From the human T2T-CHM13v2.0 reference genome, Homo sapiens, in the NCBI RefSeq assembly GCF_009914755.1, contig NC_060926.1: DNA of 64,000 nucleotides, one strand, 5' to 3'. Of this stretch, positions 34,775-49,084 are shown piece by piece; position 1 is the first letter of the stretch; every line of letters begins with the position of its first letter. Under the pieces are notes generated by a model. The model was not told the DNA's origin and made no database searches. It saw only the letters and a list, made by a program, of their open reading frames with translations. Both the position numbers and the translations under genes were made by a program.

Positions 34775-34978
34775 TAAAGCTTCCCAATCCATGTGCTGGG
34801 GCACACTGATGGGTTAGGGATAGGTTACAGATAGGCTACTGACCTCTTCAGTCCTTGGGGGAGCCGCAGCCCACAGTGAGTGACCTCTGCCAGCCTTACC
34901 CATTTTCCTCGAGTGCCATAAAATAGTACCATTTTCTGGGTAAGTGCCATGATTTGAAAGGAGTTGGGGAGCACAGTA
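34775..34978 (-). mobile_element. MER112-like hAT-Charlie element
   Basis: agcttcccaa...ggcacactg...ggttacag...cattttct...gtgccatga...gttggggagcac. Confidence 0.55.
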
Positions 34979-36470
34979 CAACTGTACTGTCTCTTCTGTA
35001 ACATCTACCAGACCCTACACATGTCTATGGTCAGAATTCCAACCTCAGAGCACGTGGTGGGTAGGGATCCTAATTTCTAGTTACTTTCTGCAAATGAGGT
35101 GCTACGGGGCTCCCCAGTGTTACCTCTGATGCTCCCAACTGTGGAACTTTCTCTTTGTACTATGAGTCTTTTGAACTCTCCCAGTGTTGAAAAGGTGGAT
35201 TAACAATTCCCCCGTCTCCAGGGAAACCACAGTACCTGCCAGTAATGAGAAACTTTGCATACAGGCAAGCCTAGTGAAGATAATTGCCAAAAGGAATCCG
35301 TCAGTGTGATTGAGGCCAGAGAACTAGCAATTACATTCAAATTTTTAAATGCCAACCACCCATCAATTTTTGCTCTAAACCATTGTCTCGTTTCAGCTTT
35401 GTTTTCCAATAAAGATACAAGTTTAGTTCCATACTAGTCTTTCCAGCTAGGCTTTCAGGTTAAACATGGAATCTTATCTAGTTTATAGGACTTAACATTT
35501 GTAGAGATGGGGTTTGCCTTTTTTATACTCCCAGGTAAGAGCTGAATGTAAGCATGTTCTTTATGCCAGATACCATACTGGATACTAAAGATATAGGACT
35601 GAATGGGACATTCCTTTTCTAGAGGAACTCACAGTCTTATATACACAGATTCCCTGTATTGAAAAAAGAAAAAAAACTCTTTGGCTAAGCTAATATTTCT
35701 CATTTTTTATTTGGCTATATGCTTGGAAACCTCATCTGTATTATAAACTGTCTCCTATGTCAGGCAAATTAAAAAGAATTTGCAAAGTTTATCCTTGAGC
35801 TTTTGTTTGATTGAGACCTCAGAAATGAATTGTGGTCGCAACAAAAGCATCTCCAAATGGCATAGTCTTTGTTTTATGTTGGAAGAATGGAGTGGGCCAA
35901 AACCGTCAGTTCATACTGTTCCACCACAACCAGTCAATGAGAAGGTAGAGCCCATTTGGATGGGATGGTGCTTGAACACTGTATTTACAAGAAGATGAAA
36001 ACATGCTGAGTTGGCCTCTAACCAAGGGGACAAAATACTTCAAAAGACCCATTTTTCTGGGAGGTGAACAGCCCAAGATTGCAGACTCAGTGGACTCCAC
36101 AGAGAGTAAACACAAAGACTTTACATGCTAACGTTCAAAGACAGTTTACCCCAACTTCATTCATTGTTTTCATTATTCCAGAGGTCATGGGGGCTTCAGA
36201 AAACCAACACAATCTGAAAGAATTGCTTCTTGATTTCAGCTTTTCAAGTTTGATTGTTTTAACAACTAGAAAGTCATTTGAAACAACCCAGACTTAACTT
36301 TGCTACTCAGAGATAGCATTAGTTTTTCAATCCACATTTGACCCAAGGGTGTACTGACCAGTGGGCACAGGGAAGGAGTGGGAGTAAGGACTGTGGCTTC
36401 TAATTCTGGTCTTGTTTTGCCCTATAAAGTGTGTTAGATCAGCCTCAGTCTCCCTATATAAGACACAATT

Positions 36471-36761
36471 AGGCCGGGCGCGGTGGCTCATGTCTGTAAT
36501 CCCAGCACTTTGGGAGGCCGAGGCGGAGGATCACCTGAGGTCAGGAGTTCAAGACCAGCCTGGCCAACATGGCAAAACCCCGTCTCTACAAAAATTAGCT
36601 GGGCATGGTGGCGCACGCCTGTAATCCCAGCTACTCAGGCAGCTGAGGCAGGAGAATCACTTGAACACGGGAGGTGGAGGTTGTAGTGAGCTGAGATCAG
36701 GCCATTGCACTCCAGCCTAGGTGACAGAGCGAGACTCTGTCTCAAAATAAATAAATAAATA
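36471..36761 (+). mobile_element. Alu (AluS), sense
   Basis: Full dimer, (TAAA)n tail, TSD gacacaatta. Confidence 0.95.
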
Positions 36762-37300
36762 GGACACAATTAAATCAATTGGTGTTCTTAAACAAAATGG
36801 CCTAAGGGTCAGAAAACTGAAAAGCGGGTAGCTGCTCCAGTAGTCCCCTCTCCATGACTCCTGGGTATTGCCAGCTTTGGGGGATGGGAAAGAGGTAGGG
36901 CTTGACCAGAATTCTCCAGCATGTACAGTCCTATTCATACACATGCATGCACATATGTGCACACACACACACGACACACGTACACTCTAGTGATAACACT
37001 CAGCTAACTTCCCTACTCTTGGAACTAAGCCTTTGAGAAAAACAAAAAGTAGTTGCCCCTCCCCACCCCACATACAAAACATAGGGACTCTCTCTAAGAA
37101 TGTACCTTTAACAATTTTTTAATTTTATTGTTTGAATCTGCAATATATTCACCTAATTTTTTAAATACACAATAGGCAAAGTCCCATCCCCACCTGTTCC
37201 CAGTCTGGCTTGTTCTTCTCGTCACTTGTGTTAGTTTTTTTAATTAGGCCTTTCAGAGTTTCTTTATGTAAATAAAATAAATATAAGTACATATTCTTAG

Positions 37301-37603
37301 TTTTCTTCTTTTTTTTTTTGAGATGGGGACTCACTATGTTGCCCAGGCTGGAGAGCAATGGCACTATCTTGGCCCACTGCAACCTCCACCTCCTGGATTC
37401 AAGTGATTCTCATGCCTCAGCCTCCCAAGTAACTGGGATTACAGGCACACACCACCACGCTCGGCTAAGTTTTTTGTATTTTTAGTAGAGACGAGGTTTC
37501 GCCATGTTGGCCAGGCTGGCCTTAAACACCTGACCTCAGATTATCTGCTTGCCTGGACCTCCCAAAGTGTTGGGATTACAAGCATGAGCCACCGTACCCA
37601 GCC
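37301..37603 (-). mobile_element. Alu, antisense
   Basis: Full dimer within an L1-like remnant. Confidence 0.92.
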
Positions 37604-38134
37604 ACCTTTCTTCTTTCTGACTTGAAAAGTAGCATATTACATACCTTATCTGCACCTGCAGCAAGTGCTTTTGATATTTTATTGCCATGGATGTGCAGTT
37701 CTTAACCTCCCCTCCATCTTGGTCACTGAGTTAATTCAAAGGCTCAGCACCTGCAGCTTTGCAGCTCTTCTTCATTCATAAATGTAAGTGGATTGATAGT
37801 ATCCTCTGTCATTCCCAAAGTGTTATTAGAAATGTCTCTTCATTGTTAGTGATAAGATCTTATAGTATTTCAAAGTACTTTCCCATTTATCATCTTATTT
37901 AATTTGATCTTCCCCAAGCCCCATGAAGTTGGTAGGACAGGTATTGTCCTTGTTTTTAAGGTAAGGAATCCAAGGGTAAAAGGTTGGCATTGTCACACGC
38001 CTGGGTCTAAGGACTGTCCTCTGTACCTGATGCCACTTTATTTCTGTTTTCCAAAAACAAAGGAGGAACTGCCTTCCATAGTTTTGTTAATACTTCTCCA
38101 TATTTACCATATAAGTCTTTCATGGTTGTTAAAA

Positions 38135-38660
<526 letters not shown>

Positions 38661-38742
38661 CACAAGTCCCTCACTCCCCCATAAATGCAGGAGGCAGAGC
38701 CCACCCCCAGGCCCAGCTGTTGCTTCATTTACACTGACTAGA

Positions 38743-38748
38743 CACACA

Positions 38749-38783
<35 letters not shown>
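38743..38783 (+). repeat. (CA)n microsatellite, ~20 units with one interruption
   Basis: Read directly from the sequence. Confidence 0.95.
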
Positions 38784-38809
38784 TTTTAATGTATTTTGAA
38801 ATGGTGGTT

Positions 38810-39180
38810 TTATCAGGAAAGTCTAACACCTATAACAAGCAACCCCCAGTCTCTGTGGCTAACACAGTAACGTTTTATTTCCTGTGCTGTCAATTCAGTG
38901 GTGGTCATTATGGATGAAAGGAGGACTCTGCTTCTTGCAGAAGTTCTGGGACCAGCTTCTCTGTCTAATGGCTCCACCATTCCCTATGGCCTCAGCATCC
39001 TCCACTGCACCCTCTTCTTCAGGCCAGCATGGCAGGGGCCATAGGGGTCAGGCCCAGAAGTGGCATTTATCTCTCCAACACACAGAATTTAGTCATTTGG
39101 CTCCACCTCACTGCAGGAAGGCTGGGAAATTTGTTTGGGTATGCCTAGGAGAAAAAGGAAAAATTGTTGATGAGCACATG
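38810..39180. mobile_element. MLT1 (ERVL-MaLR) LTR remnant
   Basis: tataacaagcaacccccagtctctgtggctaacacagtaacgttttattt...ggcccagaagtggca...actgcaggaaggctgggaaat. Confidence 0.65.
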
Positions 39181-39860
39181 TTCAAGAATAATCATGGCAG
39201 TATCTCTAGTTGTAGTTGAAACTAGAAGAAACCCAAAAACCCAAATGTTCACTGACAGAGGAATGGATAAATAGTGTCAAATTTACATTATTATACAACT
39301 GTGAAAATGACAAACTGTATCTATACACAATAAAGACGAAATCTTAGAACCCTAATATTGACTGAAAAAAGCAAGTTCCAGGAGACACACGATAGAATTT
39401 TTATATAAAGAGCTCAAAAACAAGCAAAACCAGACAATCTGTCCATTTATTTATTAGGGATATAGAAATCTGCATTAAAGCCATGTTTCTAAAAAAGTGA
39501 AGGTGTCCTGGCCGCAGTGGCACATGCCTATAGTCCCAGCTACTTGGGGAGGCTGAGACAAGAGGATACGTTGAGCCTAGAAATTGAGTCTAGCCTATCA
39601 AGACTCAGTCTCTAAAAAACAACAAACAAAAATGAAGGAGTGATAAACAGGCATTTTAGGACAGTGATTATCTCTGGAGAGAGAGGCAGGGAGACAATGG
39701 AGAGAGAGGGATGGCAAGGTCGCTTCAGCTTGTGGCTCATGTCTTTGTTCTGAGAGGGAGCATAGATTCAGTCATGTTCTGTTTTTCTGCTGTGTTTCAG
39801 ACCTTAAGTGTGTATTACAAGTATTCTTTGGTATGTGTCACATATTGCATAATTTTTAAA
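39180..39860 (+). mobile_element. L1ME-like 3' fragment with an Alu monomer (39509-39632)
   Basis: aacccaaatgttcactgacagaggaatggataaata...aatattgactgaaaaaagcaag; FLAM/FAM-like insert. Confidence 0.65.
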
Positions 39861-41445
39861 AGAATGAACCAAAACATTATAATTAGTAGTAATAAAGATA
39901 AGTCTTTATTAGTTCTAAGAATGTGACAAGGAACAGATCTATTGCTTGAGAAGGTAATTCTGATAAACTGGTTTTCCTAATGCTGTGGAGTTGACCCACA
40001 CTGGGGTGGCTCTACCCAAGATCACAAATGCCGGCCCCCGTTGTTTGGATCAGCCCTCGTGCCCTGGTCTTGATCTTTTCTGGTCCTCCTGCAGTTTCCT
40101 TTAATTGCCTTGAAGTTTCCAAAAGTTCGTTACACTCATCCATTGACTCAATCATCTTCAGAATCCTAGTATGAAGTCTTGAGGTCCACTGTAGAGATTA
40201 TTTGTCTGCGGAGAAATCCTACAAAGCTGTTATTGTGATCCTTGCCAATGAAAGGCAAGTTTTACATATCTAAATTTACTAAACACTATCCCTTTAAAAG
40301 TATCTCATACCTACAAAGATATAACCAAATCTAACATTTCAGCAAACAAAAGCTGAGGCTTGTAACCAACAGAAGTAATTGCTATACAGTTATCACGAGA
40401 AGTACATGCCCAGCTTCCAGGGTAACCACATTACTTAATAAACATATCAAATCTCTTTTATCTTAAAAGACCCAAAGAAACCACCCCAGTAATGGTTGCC
40501 AGCCCTGATCCATCCCTTATCTGTTGCTGGCAAACTGTCTGTAAATAGTCAATCCAGAACACTCCTCTAGGTTGTTTTTTCTTGCTCTCTCCCTTCCCCC
40601 TTCTCCTCTCCATCTTGGAAGTATTCGCCTTTGCAGTCTCCACCCTCTGTAGAGACTCTGTGCTCTCTGCACCCGGAATGAGTCAGCATGTGGATACATA
40701 CCTGCATTTCTAGGGAAATGGACTGGGGTTATCAGAAAACTCAATCTGTCCAACCATGGATAAAAATCAAGACATTTTATTGCAACCCAGATAGTTAGCT
40801 CAGCAGCTGCACTCTGGAACATACAGTACAACTCCTTTGGGAAATACCTAGTTGGGAGTGACTTTCGGTCTCTTGGGTAAAATGTTCCCTTCTCATACAG
40901 CAAACCTTTTGTAAAAGGGAAACAGACTCCATCCAAACTGGGTGGTAACTGGAGATAAAGGCAGGCCACTCCTGTTTGAATGTTTGTCATTTTGATGAGG
41001 ATTTTGTTTAACAAGGTTTCTACCTTATCTGTCTTCTTTCAGATTTACAGCTCCAGAGCCCATAAAAGGGAGGCCACAGATGTGAACATGGGCTGTGGAA
41101 AGATTAGAAACAAACTGAGGCTATTCAATAGAAATAATCTTGAGATATTTTGGATTTTTTCTTGTCATTTTTTTTTTTTTTACATTGACAATGACATCAG
41201 GAGCTCTAATAGTATTTGACTGATAGTACTTAGTAGTACTTGGCCAACTATACATATTAGGAAAATGCTGGAAGGCATATTGTCTTGACATTATTTATAG
41301 CCTGTGTTCTATTTCCTTTACTCTATGCTGAGAAACAGGGTTAAGCCTATTATTATAATTTTATTAGAAATTATTTTATTGAACACCTGTTGGGCCAAAC
41401 ACTGTATCAGGTACTTGAATAAGATATGGTCCCTCCCTCATGAAA

Positions 41446-41738
41446 TTTTTTTTTTAAGAGACAGGGTCTTGCTCTTTGACACAGGTTGGAGTATAGTGGT
41501 GCAATCATAGCTCACTGCTGCCTCAAACTCCTAGACTCAAGCCATCCTCCTGCCTCAGTCTCCTGAGTAGCTGTGGTTACAGGCACGTCCCAGCACACCT
41601 AGCTGATTTTTTATTTTTTGTAGAGACAGGGTTTTGCTTTGTTGCCCAGACTGGTCTCAAACTCCTGGCTTCAAGCATTCATCCTGCCACAGCCTCCCAA
41701 AGTGCTGGGATTACAGGCATGAGCCACTTTGCCTGGCC
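41446..41738 (-). mobile_element. Alu (AluJ), antisense
   Basis: Full dimer; TSD cctcatgaaa. Confidence 0.93.
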
Positions 41739-44591
41739 CCTCATGAAACTTAAAATTAAATTATCTCTTTAAAAAGGAGCAGGCCTAGGAACAAGCTCTT
41801 TAAGTAGTGGTGTCTGGCACCTATGTGCACACTCTGTGTGGTCTTTATGTTTTGGAGAGAGTTATGGCTGCTGCTGCTATTGGTCGTGTATTTGACTGTA
41901 CCTGAACCACATACCACCTTCGTCTTTCCTGAACCAAGAGTCGACCTGCTGTTCACCCAGATGGCATGACTATTCCTTCAGTCTGTTGCTATCTTCTGCT
42001 GTTTCTACAGAAGAGCCTCAGCCCTGAATCCAGATCACACTAATAGTTGTTATTTATGAAACACTGCAACATAAAAGTCATGATTGCCGTTCTATAGCAG
42101 AGAGGTTTAGTGACTTGCCTAAGATCCCACAGGTGGTAAATGCAGAACCAAATTTAAACAAGTTCTCAAATGTCCAAATTCAAATGCAGCTCTTTCTCTT
42201 CTGCCTTGCTTTATCTTACTCACACAGTGATGTAATGCTAGTGTTTCTTGATCCTTATACTGATATGATCTTGCCCTCTTCCCTGGGATTCAGGAGGCAG
42301 GTCTACATGAGATGCAGGCACACCGAGTTAATGTGTACAGAATATGTTCCAGAGCCTTGGAGAAACAAAAGGCTATAGCGTGTCTTATTTGGTTCTTCCC
42401 AGTTTGGAAGATAGCTGTCCATAAGCACATAGCTAGCTCTCAGTGGGATGTCTAAGGTGTTTGGCAGTGTTTGAGATAAAAGGAGGCAGCTGCTTCACAT
42501 ATATGGACGTCTTCAGAAGCACACAGGTGTAAGGTCTTAGGATTTTCACCCAGCATCCCAAATAGAGGAGATTTTTGTAAATGCAAGGTGGTCGAGTGTG
42601 TTTGATTTGATTAGGCCTCAGGCTGGACAAGAGCCACTACCTCCCACCCAGGCAACTTCCTGCTGCACCCTGGATTTGTTCCTTCAAGGATTCCCCAGCC
42701 AGTCAGTGAACCAACATGATTTCCTCTCCTCGTGGCCTGGGCCCTCACAGGGACAGCTGTGCTTCCAATTCCAGTGACATGACTCTGTCACAGTCTTCAA
42801 ATAATTTCTAGTTTTCTTTTTCAAAGAAAGAAATTTTGAGAGCTCTGTCCACACATTGTAAAGGAAACAACCCTCTTAAATATCCATGCCCTTTACAGTG
42901 AATATTCCATTGACATATTAAACCAGAGGCAGTCTCATGATTTTGAAAAGGATTTTGGATAAATATAGAAGGCATGTATCACCCCAAATCCATCCTTTAT
43001 GGAGTCATTACTTAAAAGGGAAAGGGCCAACCAGGCAGGTTAACAATATGGTACAATACAGAAAGACTCTGCTTATCAGTTTCAAAATTGTACATTTAAA
43101 ACAAGTTCTCAAGTTTCAGTTTCATTTTATGTATGCATTTATGCTCAAGCTTGGTAATTACCCTCAGCTCATGACATTTATACCAATCAGTAATGTTTAA
43201 TTATCCCAGATGATTACTCCGTCAGTTCTAGGCACATGGTGGAATGTAGAGGTGGTTCCTACCTTCAAGAGCATTAACTTTCAGTTGGCATGTGTGGAGA
43301 GATGTGGTAGATACAAATACATTTTGGAAGGGGAGGGGAAGGAGAGTTATGTTGGCTGGTAGAGAATTGGGAGAATTCTTTTGGGAAAGCATCCAAGAGG
43401 AGGTGGTTTTAAGATTCCACTTTGGAGGCTGGGAATGATGAAGAGGAGACAAAAGATTCCTTCTGGGATTTAGACCAGCTTACTGTTCAAAAAGCAACAA
43501 TGAAGGTCTGTGACCATAATATGTTCAGAACTTCAATTCAAAGGACAAATAGAAATCAAACACTTATCCATGAAAAAGTTGTAAAAACTAAATTAAATAT
43601 CAAGTTTTTTGTTTTAGGTTTAGAAATGTGGTTGCTGGGTGTAATAATTTGGACATGTCATGGGAAAATGATCCTTTAGGCAAAATCCTTTAAAACTTGT
43701 AGCTTTGAGGAGGAAAGTGGAGTAGTGATGGAACCCCACATAACAAAAGGGACAGCCTGTTGCTTAGGCAAAGGCTGCAAGATAAGAGGAACGCGAACTG
43801 GCTCAACTCAAGGATTCAGACCTTGGTGTAATTCAGAACAGTCAAATGAAGGTGACTTCAGACTTCTGTGAAGCTCACTTTTGCTCCAAAGAGTGGTGGG
43901 AGCATAGCAGAAAGTCAAGAATTGGACAGAACTTTTTCAGTTTGACTGAAGACTCAGCGGGGCTCCACGTAAACCAACAGTTATTGAGCCTGTCCCATCC
44001 CAGAGGTACAGGATAATGCAAGATGGTCCCTGCTGTCAAGCTGCTCATTGCCTGGCAGGGAAGTTTCTGAGACCAAGAAAGCCCACAGTGGGATAGGGAC
44101 TTCCGAGGGTTCTGTGGGAATCAGAAGGGAGCACCTCCCTCTGCGTGAGGGAGCTGGGGAAGGCTTGACAGAGAGGCCATTGAACTGGGGACTGACGTGG
44201 CTGGGACGACATGTGGAGGGATACAGGTTTGGGAAATGGAGAGGCTGGGATCTGTCTCACTGGAGGAGGGCAAGTGCAGGAAGTCATCCATGGCCACACT
44301 GCTTGCAGCCAGTCTTCTGGAATGCCGTGGAACTTTCTTACTCTGGCTGTGAAGGGTAAAAATAAGAGCTAGCACAGGCACATGGAGCTGATACGACGTC
44401 CCTGTTTAGGGCACAGTTCTTACCCAATTCCACGGACCGAACATTTTCTGCTCCATCCAGCTTTTAATGGCAGACCAGTTTCTATGAACTGAGGCTTCAG
44501 CCCTTGGAATGATGTCTCATTTGCCCGTCTCTTTTCTCCTTCTTAACCACTTAGGTACCACATTGTACAGTGCAGTGGGTGCAGTGGTTCA

Positions 44592-45095
<504 letters not shown>

Positions 45096-45745
45096 CTACA
45101 CAGGCAGTCAAAGGAGCACCCATCTTAGTCAGGAAACTGGGTTAACTTCTCAGCCTCACCACGCAGTGGCTCCGAGATTCAGCTTCCTCGTCTGTGAAAT
45201 GAGATTGACACTTACCCTGCCTAGCTCATGGAGGTTTGTGAGGATTAAATCACATGAAAGCAAAGGGGAAGGCGTCATGTGCTATAGAAATGCAAGGTGT
45301 TACTCATTCCTGTGTTTGCCACTCCCGTGCCTTCACCCTTGCTTATAACCTGTCACCTCCAGGACTAGCTCACTGGCCAGCTGGTTTGTCTGTGGCTCTT
45401 GGGCCTTGCCACCACATTAATCATTTCAAGACACCACCTTTATCTGGCGGCCTTCCCCAGTAGACAGGCTCACCTTCCCCATCCAGCTTTCTCTCCCACT
45501 CAGCCTTGGCCTCTTTGTTGACCCTTCTTGCTTTTTCTCCTTGACCTCCTCATCTTTCTTGCACCATTTCTTAAAAGCTGTCTTCAGCTTCACTGTCTAA
45601 CCGAGCACTCCCACCTGAATAACACTTGATCCAAATAACGTAATTATGAGATCTGTTATCTTGAATGGTTCCTTAATTGTCATATGTATTTGCTTCATTA
45701 TTCTGCTTAATTTGCTTACTGAGGTCCAGGACTAAATCTAAACCA

Positions 45746-45963
45746 TGTTTTGTTTTGTTTTTTGAGACAGAATCTCATTCTGTTGTCAGGACCAGAATGC
45801 AGTGGTGCGATCTTGGCTCACTGCAGCCTTAACCTCCTAGACTCAGGCAATCCTCCCACCTCAACCCCCTATGCCAGTAGCTGGGACTACAGGTGCACCC
45901 ACCATGCCCAGCTAATTTTTTGTGTTTTTAGTAGAGACAGGGTTTTGCCATGTTGCCCAGGCT
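45746..45963 (-). mobile_element. 5'-truncated Alu (AluJ), antisense
   Basis: Right arm plus part of the left arm, bounded by a perfect TSD tctaaaccatgtttt. Confidence 0.9.
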
Positions 45964-47408
45964 TCTAAACCATGTTTTAACTCTTTGTTATGCACAGCGC
46001 CTGGCCCGGTGTTAGGCACTAGACAAGAGCTCAGTAACCACTTGCTGAAATGGGAGAGCTGAGTGGTCAGAGCACCTTGAAGTCTGTGTAGCACTTGCAT
46101 GTACAGTGTCCCTTTTCATCGTCACAGCCCTGAGAGGTAAATGGTGTGACTCTTCCCATTTTGCAAATGAGAAAAGAGAAACTTAGGAGAGGTTATGTAA
46201 CATCAACTTTGTGGGCTGAGGCTGAGTGAAGACCTCGCAGAAGAGACCAGACCCAGCATGCTCCAGTAGCTCCACTGCAGGGGGTGGCTGCTTACGAGGA
46301 CAGAGAGCAGAATTCAGACGACTCCAGCTGACCTACTTGGTGCAAGTCAAGTGAATACTAGTCGGGAGGGATTAGATGACTCAGCCTCTGCCTTCGTTGG
46401 AGTCAGGAAGTAGGCTTTGCAGTCCATTTCCTGGGGAATTTTCAGATGGACCAGTGATTTCATTTTCCTCTTCTAAAGCACCCCCATGCACAGGGAAAGG
46501 TTGTTCACGTGGCCATTTGGATGAAGCCAACGGATCTGATGTCTTAAAGGAGAAGCTGAAACAGCAGTGGAAACTTTCTAGGCCTGTTGGTATTAGTAAT
46601 TTCATTCCTGGCCAAACATGAATGAGAAATCCTTCTAGTCCACTTTGACTGAGGCTAGAGTGTGGATTAACAGTGCTTTGATATTTCAGTATTGCTGCCC
46701 AGGTTGTGAAGGTATAAGCCTCATGCAGGTCACCTGCTCTTGCCTCCATTGTACCTATTGCCTAACTGGGATAGGCCTGGGGTGGGGCTGCTGAGAGCTG
46801 ACAATGCCAGGCCAGGAAAGGCAAGCTAAAGACCAGCAGGCAGGCCTCGGGGTTGGAAAGCTACACAGTAAACGGGTGGAGTACCAAAGCTTAGTTGTGT
46901 GTCTAGAGAATTCAGGGCGTGGTGAGTGATCAGCTCCTGGAAGAGCAAAGATTAGTATTTAATACATATGCATTTATTAGCGTGGCTGGGTCTCTCGTCA
47001 AAAATGTCATAATTTCACAGATCAGGATTTTAAAGCAAATAGAATTATTGATATATATCTCTTCCAACAGCCAATAAACATCCCGCAGAGAGGACAGCTT
47101 ACGCATGGGCTCACACAAAGAAAATTGCAGAGTCTTTGCTTAAGCTACAGCCTGAAATATTAAAATTCTGATTTTCATGCGCTGTTAGAAATAGTTTTCA
47201 AAGAATTCCTTCCTCCAGCCCCATCACAACCCCTGCCCATGTGAGAGGTTAGGAGTAAATCATATGTTTTTTAAAACATTTGCTGAAACCTCCTCCCTTT
47301 TCCAAGTCTACCAAATTTTTATCTCAAAAAAAAAAAAAAGAAAGAAAGAAAAAAATGGGACTAATATGACAACAAGATTTTTACCTTCACAGTAAATAGT
47401 ACAATTTA

Positions 47409-47680
47409 GCTGAGTAACTTGTGGAAGCTTGTTAGGTTGAAGTGACTCACTTGCGTAGATGAAGTTATTTTTAGAGATGTAATTTGTACTGTTTAGAAAA
47501 GAATAAAGAGATGGTAAAAGGCTAGATCGCTCATTATAGTTTACAGAGCTCATGAACCCAGCATCCATGCAAAAGATGACTAAGCAAGGGGTCGGTTGGT
47601 ACTTTCTCTCAGAATTTTACAGATGTGAGTCATCCACTTTAGTCTGCAGACACAGCACCGAGATACCTGTGACTCAGCTC
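47409..47680. promoter_or_regulatory. Candidate AP-1/NRF2-type intronic enhancer
   Basis: TGACTCA 47443-47449, ATGACTAAGCA 47576-47586, TGAGTCA 47626-47632 and GTGACTCAGC 47669-47678, in repeat-free DNA. Motif evidence only. Confidence 0.45.
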
Positions 47681-48403
47681 TCATTTAGAAAAAGCCCTAG
47701 AATTCAATTCTGATACACTTTTATAGTTAAGTAGTGAGGAAATTACATACTGAAGCAAAATATGCCTTTGTAACGCGCAGCCGTGGGATGTTTTTAGCAA
47801 AGACTGATTTATCTTCATCTCTGGCCTTTGAAAGAATCGACCTGTGATCCACGCTGGGTAACGTGCCCATTGAGCCTGCTGGTACACATCACAGTGCCCA
47901 CCTTCTTCGTGTTTGGCTCACAACCCAAGTACTAAATTGTCCTCAATAGAAATCTCAGCCTCACCCTTTCTACACTTGGATGCCCCAGCACTAAGGCCCA
48001 CTTCCTTTAACCAAATACATGTACATATATGTGTTCGTATATATGAAAATCTTCTGCCTAAAATATTAAAATTCTAGTTTTCATAAGCTGGCAGAAATAG
48101 CTTGCAAAGGCTTCATCTCCTTCACTCTTTACGTATGTTAGGGGTTAGAAGGAATAAAATCATGTTTTCCTACAGTATTCTCATATTTTTAGTAAACCCT
48201 GCACAAAACATACATACAGATGATGAGCATTATCTTTACACATTAGCAGACGGCAGAGTGAGCCCATGTTCTCTGTGCAGGGCCATTGCTTTGTTCTGAG
48301 GCGCAGGGCTCTGCTGGCCTAGTGACCCTCCCCGTGCAGCCTCATGCTTGGCTATCTCCCTCGTCACTGACACACACTGATGACATAGCCTGTTTGGAGT
48401 TAA

Positions 48404-48762
<359 letters not shown>

Positions 48763-49084
48763 TAGTTTGCAGACACATCAATAGATTATTCATAACCAAC
48801 AAAGGATTTTGTTTATTATATTTGCCAAAGAAACATGGACATGGTTGCAAAAGCAAATACTTCACAAAGATGTATAATGAAAAGCAAGAGTACCCCGCCC
48901 CATGCCTGCCCTTTCACAGCTGCTTTTAACCACTTCTGGTGCTTCACGGTTGCCTCCGTAACCAGCTGACTGTTTTGTTCCTCACCTGCTATGTCTGTAG
49001 CACTATTACCAAGAGCGTTCGGGCATGCAGAGGTTAAAGTCTGGTCCTATTGTTAAGGAGAAAAGCCTTGTGTACCTTCAAGTC

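Noticed and set aside
37945-37966. MIR-derived AAG|GTAAGG acceptor/donor juxtaposition
   Set aside because: AAG is a poor acceptor and the tract is short; expected by chance.
40517-41014. 165-aa minus-strand ORF in unique DNA
   Set aside because: Non-ATG (TTG) start, no recognisable domain, no supporting splice or promoter evidence; compatible with chance.
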